This document shows, in pieces, positions 57,224-64,000 of a stretch of DNA of 64,000 nt. Below the pieces are notes generated by a model. That model saw nothing but the letters and a program-made list of their open reading frames with translations, had not been told where the DNA came from and did not search any database. This DNA comes from Parcubacteria group bacterium (lineage in GTDB: Bacteria > Patescibacteriota > Minisyncoccia > UBA10092): positions 1,485 through 65,484 of the forward strand of contig JACPLW010000002.1 of the NCBI GenBank assembly GCA_016186325.1, written 5' to 3'. The position numbers and the translations under genes were made by a program. Position 1 is the stretch's first letter. Each line of letters starts with the position of its first letter.

Positions 57224-59143
57224 ATGGATATTTTTGACGATCTAAACGACAAGCAAATAGAAGCAATAAAAGTTTCCGCGGGGCCGGTTTTAATTTTGGC
57301 CGGCGCCGGAAGCGGCAAAACGAAAACTCTGACTCACAGAATAGCCTATCTTATTTCCCAAGGTATTAGACCGGAAAACATTTTGGCCGTCACTTTCACC
57401 AACAAAGCTGCCGAAGAAATGCGTAGCCGTGTTCAGAAATTGCTAACTACTAACTACAAACTACCAACAACTGACTTATTCATCGGGACTTTCCACAGTT
57501 TCGGAGTAAAAATCCTAAGGGAAGAAATTGAAAAACTGGGGTTTAAAAACAACTTCGTCATTTACGACGAAGACGATACCTTCGCGCTGGCAAAAGACAT
57601 TAGAAGCGAGCTTAATTTTCCACAAGATAAACTGAAGGCCGGAATGCTTCTTAATATAGTTTCCAAATCTAAAAACGAACTGAAAGATCTTGAGGAAGTT
57701 TTAACCAACGAGGGCGAATTGTATAGAAACCGAATTTTGCAATTTGGCGAAATTTATAAACAGCGGATGTCCGCCGCCAATGCCGTTGATTTTGATGATT
57801 TAATAGTTTTGCCGGTAAAAATTTTCCAAAAATTTCCGGAAATTTTAAAAAAATACCAGAACCGGTATCAATACATATTAGTTGACGAATATCAAGATAC
57901 CAATCACGCTCAATATACTCTTGTAAATCTCTTAGCCGACAAATATAAGAATCTTTTTGCGATTGGCGACCCTGACCAGGCTATTTACGGATGGCGGCAA
58001 GCCGATTTCAGGAACATTTTGAATTTTGAACACGATTATTCAAACGCCAAAATAATAAAACTGGAGCAAAATTACCGTTCAACCCAAAATATTTTGTCCG
58101 CCGCCTCCCAAATTATTTCAAAAAATGTTGAGCGCAAGGAAAAAACGCTTTGGACCAAAAATCCGCCAGGCGCGCCTATTGAAGTGACCGAAACGGCTAA
58201 CGAGCGAGAAGAGGCTGAGTTTATTATTAACAAGGTGTTGGATTTAAACAAAAATCTTAACATTGGTCTGGATAATGCCGTAGTAATGTACCGAACCAAT
58301 GCCCAATCGAGAACGCTTGAAGAGGCCTGCCTTTACGCCGGCCTGCCTTATCGGGTTATCGGCGCCGTAAAGTTTTTCCAGAGAAAAGAAATTAAAGACA
58401 TTGTAGCGTTTTTGCGCTTGATTCAAAACTCTGATGATGAAATAAGTTTAAAAAGAGTGGTGGGCATTATGGGTAAGAGGGCTTATGCTAACTTTGAAAT
58501 CGAATTTGAAAAATTAAAAAAAACGGCGAAAACATTGTCGCCGGCTGAATTAATTAAAGCCGTAATTAAAAAAACTAGTTATTACGATTACTTGTCTTCT
58601 AAATTTTCGGGAACGGGGCCCGACGGAGAACCGGAATCCGAATCAAGGATAAAAAACGTCAGGGAACTAATCGGTCTGTCTTTCAAATACGATAAAACCG
58701 AACCAGTTTTGGCACTTTCCGAATTCTTGGCAGAAGCAGCATTGATGACAGAAAATCCCCCACCCTTGGGGAATGCGCTTCGCGCTTCAGAAAAAAATAT
58801 TCCCCAAGGGTGGGGGAGTGAAAAATTAAATTTAATGACGCTTCATTCGGCAAAAGGATTGGAATTTGACGCGGTTTTCATAGCTGGCGCCGAAGAAGGA
58901 TTGATGCCCCATTCGCGCTCGGCATTTTCTTTGGGAGAGCTTGAGGAAGAGCGCCGCCTTTGCTATGTCGGGCTTACACGAGCCAAAAAGTACTTATGGC
59001 TTTCGTTTGCAAAACAACGCTCTCTTTGGGGAGAAAGAAACGAAACCATGCCATCTAGGTTCATAATGGAACTGCCGCCGAGCTTGGTTAATTTTAGGTC
59101 GTTAAGTGACGGCTATAATCTTCCCGAAATTAATTTAGAGTAA
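57224..59143 (+). CDS. pcrA: UvrD/PcrA helicase
   Basis: AGAGSGKT, VDEYQDTN, QNYRS, TLHSAKGLEF, EERRLCYVGLTRA. Confidence 0.95.
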   Translation: MDIFDDLNDKQIEAIKVSAGPVLILAGAGSGKTKTLTHRIAYLISQGIRPENILAVTFTNKAAEEMRSRVQKLLTTNYKLPTTDLFIGTFHSFGVKILREEIEKLGFKNNFVIYDEDDTFALAKDIRSELNFPQDKLKAGMLLNIVSKSKNELKDLEEVLTNEGELYRNRILQFGEIYKQRMSAANAVDFDDLIVLPVKIFQKFPEILKKYQNRYQYILVDEYQDTNHAQYTLVNLLADKYKNLFAIGDPDQAIYGWRQADFRNILNFEHDYSNAKIIKLEQNYRSTQNILSAASQIISKNVERKEKTLWTKNPPGAPIEVTETANEREEAEFIINKVLDLNKNLNIGLDNAVVMYRTNAQSRTLEEACLYAGLPYRVIGAVKFFQRKEIKDIVAFLRLIQNSDDEISLKRVVGIMGKRAYANFEIEFEKLKKTAKTLSPAELIKAVIKKTSYYDYLSSKFSGTGPDGEPESESRIKNVRELIGLSFKYDKTEPVLALSEFLAEAALMTENPPPLGNALRASEKNIPQGWGSEKLNLMTLHSAKGLEFDAVFIAGAEEGLMPHSRSAFSLGELEEERRLCYVGLTRAKKYLWLSFAKQRSLWGERNETMPSRFIMELPPSLVNFRSLSDGYNLPEINLE

Positions 59144-60223
59144 TTATTGATTCTCGGAATCAATAGCAGATTCATCAGCAGAAACTTCATCAATAGAGTG
59201 GTCGCGAATTGTTTCTACCTGAATTCGAAGATTCTCTTTGCGACCAAAAATTTGTTTTAATGGGTCATCAATCCTGTCCCAAGCCTTATCACGATACTCG
59301 CTTTTAATCTGTTCCGCGCGTTTCGAATCGTTGGTTTCGTAGGCCTCGCGAAGTTCCTTGATGTAACGCATACTGTCTTGAGGATCGGTATCGAGAATAA
59401 CATAGCGAATTATCTCGCCTTGTTGCACCAAGGCATGAGTGAGCAGCGGAATTCCCCAGTAGTGAGCTTCTTCAACTTTTTCTTGCGAGGTGTGATAATC
59501 GGGACGAAGCAATACAAGATGGTTTGGCTCGCCCGAAGAGCCGTGTTTTGGCCTCGATTCCGTAACGGTATCCAATATGCGCCTTCGAGACGGCTCGGGG
59601 ATGCGAGTCGCGTGAGGCTCTTTTTCATAATGTTTCGCGATTAAACGCGCGACCTCGCCTTCTTCAGAATCTTCAGGAAAATCTTTTTGGACTAATTCTA
59701 CGACATGCTTGATTTCCTCACTTTCCATCCCTTTAACTTGGAGACGGGCAATAGCGGCGGACAATGTTTCAAAAATATTCGCCTCGTCCTTAAAGTGAAT
59801 GTTTTTCGGCTCATCAGCCATTGTTTCCGCGCGTCTTGATTCGCGGCGATGGCTTCCATAATGGGCAAGTATGCCGAGAAAGTATTCTTTTTTTATGGGT
59901 AATTCGGTGACGGCGGTATCAAAAATGATTTCTTGGGTTATCATGTCGGCATCCTCTTTAGTAGGCGCCTCGGCTAAAGATTTAATGAGAAGCTCGTAGG
60001 CATATACTTGAGAACTGGGGTGCCTTCCGCCTACCCCGAGCGCCGCGCCGCCTAACGCGTCCGCAAATTCTTTGGCCGTCATTTTGTTTTCGATATACGA
60101 GTTATAGGCATCTTCAATGAAACCGTATTCTTTCACGAGTCTAGCCCGTTCGGATTCGTAACGGGTGTCGCCGTAGAATCCCTCTTTGGCTTCTTTTAGA
60201 TTTCTGACAGATTCTGGTTTCAT
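59144..60223 (-). CDS. hypothetical protein
   Basis: 359-aa ORF bracketed by 22-bp palindromic repeats. Confidence 0.65.
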   Translation of the reverse strand: MKPESVRNLKEAKEGFYGDTRYESERARLVKEYGFIEDAYNSYIENKMTAKEFADALGGAALGVGGRHPSSQVYAYELLIKSLAEAPTKEDADMITQEIIFDTAVTELPIKKEYFLGILAHYGSHRRESRRAETMADEPKNIHFKDEANIFETLSAAIARLQVKGMESEEIKHVVELVQKDFPEDSEEGEVARLIAKHYEKEPHATRIPEPSRRRILDTVTESRPKHGSSGEPNHLVLLRPDYHTSQEKVEEAHYWGIPLLTHALVQQGEIIRYVILDTDPQDSMRYIKELREAYETNDSKRAEQIKSEYRDKAWDRIDDPLKQIFGRKENLRIQVETIRDHSIDEVSADESAIDSENQ

Positions 60224-60489
60224 AGATGAAATAATTTAAAATTACTATTACATTATCATTGCAATTTTGGAAAATCAAGGCGGCTCACGAAAATCCCACC
60301 GCAACTGCGGGGGATTTTCGTTTATTTGGGGCCAAAGTTTTTTTTATTAATTATGACTTTGGGATTTTAACCCCACCAAAATTTACTATTTCTCAACTAT
60401 TGATTCTCGGAATCAATAGTAAACTTTGGTGGGAAGGCGAGAGTCTCGGACAACCGTTTTCACGATGTCCAGAGTTCTCGCCTCAGTGG

Positions 60490-60786
60490 TCAGCCAGCGA
60501 GTCCGATGGCCCTCGCCTGACTCCAGGTCATGTTGACCATGTTGACAGAGTAGTCGACACCACCGAACTTCTGGTGCAGGTTCGATAGAGCCTCTTCGAG
60601 GTCTTTGACCTCGTAGGGCTCATCGGTCCCGATCCTGACCTCGATGGCGTCATCGCCGACGGCCGAGTCCCTGATGACAAAGGCAACCGAAGCCACCTTC
60701 TTGCCACCAGAAACCAGCAGATACTGCTCTGACACGACGCTGTTATACGGAAACCTCGTCACACGCACGAGCACCAGCTGATCCAT
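60490..60786 (-). CDS. GC-rich hypothetical protein
   Basis: GAGGAG RBS; hairpin downstream. Confidence 0.65.
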   Translation of the reverse strand: MDQLVLVRVTRFPYNSVVSEQYLLVSGGKKVASVAFVIRDSAVGDDAIEVRIGTDEPYEVKDLEEALSNLHQKFGGVDYSVNMVNMTWSQARAIGLAG

Positions 60787-60958
60787 GGCTTCTCCTCATT
60801 TGCCGCGCGTTCCGCGCGGCGGTATGTATTTTACAATTTCTGTCTCAAAGAACTTTTAGGCCTCCCCGCCAAAATTTTCAAATCCCTTTAAAAACTTTGG
60901 TAGGGTGGGGCACTCGAGATGAGCGCCCCGAAAAGAGTTAGAGCAAGGACAAGAAGAC

Positions 60959-61057
60959 CTACCTCTTGGTCTTCTTGTCGGCCTCGGCGGCTTTCGCCGT
61001 CAAGGCCTCCTGGCGCGACTGGTACACCACGCCTCCTACGACATGGTACTTGGTCAT
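60959..61057 (-). CDS. 32-aa microprotein
   Basis: GGGAGGTGAG RBS; MTKYHVVGGVVYQSRQEALTAKAAEADKKTKR*. Confidence 0.5.
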   Translation of the reverse strand: MTKYHVVGGVVYQSRQEALTAKAAEADKKTKR

Positions 61058-61209
61058 CGCTGGCTCACCTCCCTCTTTCTCCCGGATTTTGTTATTAATG
61101 TGGGGGAAGATTAATCTCCCCGCTAAAGCCCATGGCTGGCTTTGCCTCGCCGAAGCCCCGCCGAGGCGGGACGAAGACGGGCTTTCTTTTAAAAAAAACA
61201 TGGGCTTTA

Positions 61210-61790
61210 GTGGAGAGGCGAGGGGGCGGCCGCGCCACTCTCGAGGTGATCGCCGGCATCCGTGCCGGTCGGTCCTCTTGCGCCTACCTCAAACCCCCTC
61301 GCCAGAGATGTGCGGGTATGCCTCCTTCATCGGGTTTGGCCTCACACGGGGGTCCGCCCCATGATCTATTGGCCGTTTCGCCCCGCAACTGCGGGGCTGT
61401 GCTCCGCCGAGCACCCGATTTCTCCGTCACCATGCCGCACGCATGGCGGGAGTTTCCCAGGTAGTGTCTGTAACAATGATCGCCGGCGGGCGGTCACTAT
61501 CACAGACCGCTATCGCCGCGACCTTAATCGCCGAGCGACCCTGGGATTCCGCCCTCGCACGGGGACGGAAGGAGGCCCTCTTACAGAGGATTGTGAGAAC
61601 AAGGGACACTGAAGGGATATAAACTTAATTAAATGATTGGAACGGAGGAGGTACAATTGCAATATGCTATTTATTACCTCGCATCCACTTGTTCCTTGCC
61701 CGCCGTAGCCTTGGCGAAGGCAGGCGCTGGCTAAAATCCCTTATTCACACGATCCTCTGTGAGAGATTTAAATTACTTAACAAGAACTAT
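61210..61790 (-). ncRNA. candidate large structured RNA or leader (unassigned)
   Basis: Many nested long-range stems, no convincing ORF, consensus promoter upstream. Confidence 0.4.
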
Positions 61791-61799
61791 TATAATTAC

Positions 61800-61828
61800 A
61801 TTATATACCATAATTAAAATCTTGTCAA
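61800..61828 (-). promoter_or_regulatory. consensus sigma70 promoter
   Basis: TTGACA-17 nt-TATAAT on the minus strand. Confidence 0.75.
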
Positions 61829-62181
61829 GTCCTGCCAACAACTTTTTGCTATAAGAACAAAAATATGGCTCATTTAAGCCATAATCCTATAACTATATTT
61901 TGTTATTTTTTATTAACTATTCTAAAAATCAACTCTGAAACTATCATTATAAATAAATCTGACACATTACAAGCCGAACGGTTCTAAAGTGGTAAAATTT
62001 GACAGATTTCTAACGATGGAGTATAATTGAAACAATCAAATTCTCTACTATAGGTAGTAGGGAGTGAGAGATGCTCTTCGAACAAACACGGCAAAAACCA
62101 AAATATTTTCTGCGCCTCGTGGCGCATTGCAGAGAAGGCCACTAGAGACCGCTCAAAAAAAGGGCTCTTTGCCTTCTTTTT

Positions 62182-62919
62182 TTATTTAAGAAACTTCCAC
62201 AAAGCCTCAAAAAAAACTTTCATAGTCAGAGAAATAGCAGAATCATCAACGATTACGCCGATTGGTTTTTTCTTAGTATTAATAAAAGCGATTTTTTCCC
62301 CATAGATAATAATCTCGGTTTCAAATTCATCGGACCAAAATTTATACTCCGCTTTACCCAACTTTTTTGGGAAAACACCGTTTTTTTGAGCGCAATAAAT
62401 AGATTTTGAAGGGATATTATAAAGTTTTTTAAGCTTCTTATCTTGAAGTTTCTTTTCTGAACTCGGAGCCTGCGCGACATCAAGGGGCAAAAGCTGATAT
62501 AAAAACTTAGTTTTCGTTTTTAAAATGTCCTCACGAAGGGAATCAATGCCTTCTTTGCCTTCAAAAAGACGAATTTTAGGATGTTTACCGCGGGATTCGT
62601 ATAACTTATTTAAATCCGGCAAAATGTTTTTTAAGCCCGAAAAACTTTCTTTAATTCTGCGGTCTTCAATTTCAAATAAATTTTTCAGCCGTTCCGGCGG
62701 CTCAATCGCAAAATATGTTTTTTTACCTTTAATGAAGGTGCTGACAAGCCCTTTCCTTTTCAACTCCTCCAAAACTATGTAAGTTGTGGCGCGGTTAATG
62801 CCGCTGTGAACAGTAATTTCCGCCGCCGGCGCTTGGCCCAATTTTAAAATCGCAACATAAACTTTTGCTTCTTTATTAGAAAGACCCAACTTTTTGATTT
62901 CTGATTCAATATTTGCCAT
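62182..62919 (-). CDS. TrmB-family transcriptional regulator
   Basis: LGLSNKEAKVY...NRATTYIVLEEL. Confidence 0.85.
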   Translation of the reverse strand: MANIESEIKKLGLSNKEAKVYVAILKLGQAPAAEITVHSGINRATTYIVLEELKRKGLVSTFIKGKKTYFAIEPPERLKNLFEIEDRRIKESFSGLKNILPDLNKLYESRGKHPKIRLFEGKEGIDSLREDILKTKTKFLYQLLPLDVAQAPSSEKKLQDKKLKKLYNIPSKSIYCAQKNGVFPKKLGKAEYKFWSDEFETEIIIYGEKIAFINTKKKPIGVIVDDSAISLTMKVFFEALWKFLK

Positions 62920-62985
62920 ACTATATCGTAATTATATCACAATTTCACTTATTACGCAATTTTTGTCAAAAATTATTAACAAAAC

Positions 62986-63912
62986 ATGGACCTAACGAAT
63001 AAATCAGTAATAAAAAATTTGTTAAAGAAGTATAACGCCAGACCGGAAAAATACCTTGGCCAGCATTTCATTTTATCAAAAAAAACTCTCACTTCAATAA
63101 TCGCGGCCGCGGAAATTAAAAAAGCTGACACGATTATTGAAGTCGGCCCGGGATTGGGGACATTAACCCAAGAACTTGCCAAGACCGACACTAATGTTAT
63201 TGCCATAGAGAAAGACATCCAAATGATTGAAATTCTAAAAGAAACTGTGACGGCAAATCACAAAAACATCAAAGTCATCAAAGCCGATGCCCGCCAAATA
63301 TGGCGAGGCTCGCCAGAGGCGGCCCGCCAATTATCGATGTCGGACATCGATAGTTTTGTGGATAAGATGGGGATAAGCGATGGGAAGTATCCATATAAAA
63401 TTGTGGCGAATTTACCATATAATGCAGCGACTTTTCTAATCCGCCAGTGGTTAGAATCAAATAATCCGCCAAAAATGATGGTTTTAATGATCCAAAAAGA
63501 AGTGGCGCGACGCATTGTAGCCAAACCTCCCGACTCAAACCTTCTTGGTATAAGTGTTCAGTTTTACGCCAACGCGGAAATTGTTGACTACGTAAAAAAA
63601 GAATCGTTTTGGCCCAAACCAAAAGTTGACGCGGCGATAATTAAAATTGTCCCAAAAAATCTGCAGATAACTCTACAATCGCAAGAAAAACAGAGTTTTT
63701 TTAGAATTGTAAAAGCGGGGTTTTCGAGCCCGAGAAAGCAATTAGCCGGAAATCTCTCAAAAAAACTAAGTATTCCTAAGGAAAAAATTATTTCGATATT
63801 TAAAGATTTGGGTATTCCGGAGAAAGCAAGGGCGGAAAATTTAGATCTAAAACACTGGCAAAATCTCACCTCTGAATTAAACAAAAAACGACCCGTTTCA
63901 GGCCGTCAGTAG
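62986..63912 (+). CDS. rsmA: 16S rRNA dimethyltransferase
   Basis: LGQHF, EVGPGLG, VANLPY, MIQKEVA, PKPKVD. Confidence 0.95.
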   Translation: MDLTNKSVIKNLLKKYNARPEKYLGQHFILSKKTLTSIIAAAEIKKADTIIEVGPGLGTLTQELAKTDTNVIAIEKDIQMIEILKETVTANHKNIKVIKADARQIWRGSPEAARQLSMSDIDSFVDKMGISDGKYPYKIVANLPYNAATFLIRQWLESNNPPKMMVLMIQKEVARRIVAKPPDSNLLGISVQFYANAEIVDYVKKESFWPKPKVDAAIIKIVPKNLQITLQSQEKQSFFRIVKAGFSSPRKQLAGNLSKKLSIPKEKIISIFKDLGIPEKARAENLDLKHWQNLTSELNKKRPVSGRQ

Positions 63913-64000
63913 GCATATTTGCTGTGATATGGAATCTTTTCAAGATATTCCCGAAGATGCCCAACCTCGTGGTTTATACAGGGATAATCGCCCATCCGGA

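Overview
Bacterial chromosomal window with a Patescibacteria/Parcubacteria (CPR)-like character. That taxonomy is inferred from gene content and style, not proven. An AT-rich housekeeping backbone (ftsH, rpsA, gyrA, cca, hup, rny, ahpC, htrA, rocD, xerC/D, rpsO, pnp, comM, pcrA/uvrD, rsmA) carries 14 intact tRNA genes, four clustered parS sites, many small palindromic repeats (several inside coding sequences) and short GC-rich accessory genes. The most striking signal is a set of 'Russian-doll' tRNA loci. A tRNA-Ala(CGC) and a tRNA-Val(TAC) are each split between anticodon positions 35 and 36 by an insert with (T)TCCCG...CGGGA ends. Each insert carries an intact tRNA of the same anticodon. The Ala insert also carries a GIY-YIG nuclease, while the Val insert has an empty hairpin at that position. 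A degenerate tRNA-Pro is similarly split by a tRNA-Pro plus a nuclease gene, and two HTH/LAGLIDADG-like genes abut tRNAs. Other candidates: a cassette-like gene array delimited by a repeated GAGCGGGACATTGCACGACGTTAGAAC site, GC-rich gene units bounded by a conserved hairpin, an island in the pnp 3' end, and several putative structured ncRNAs. All calls were made by eye with no database searches; coordinates are hand-counted.
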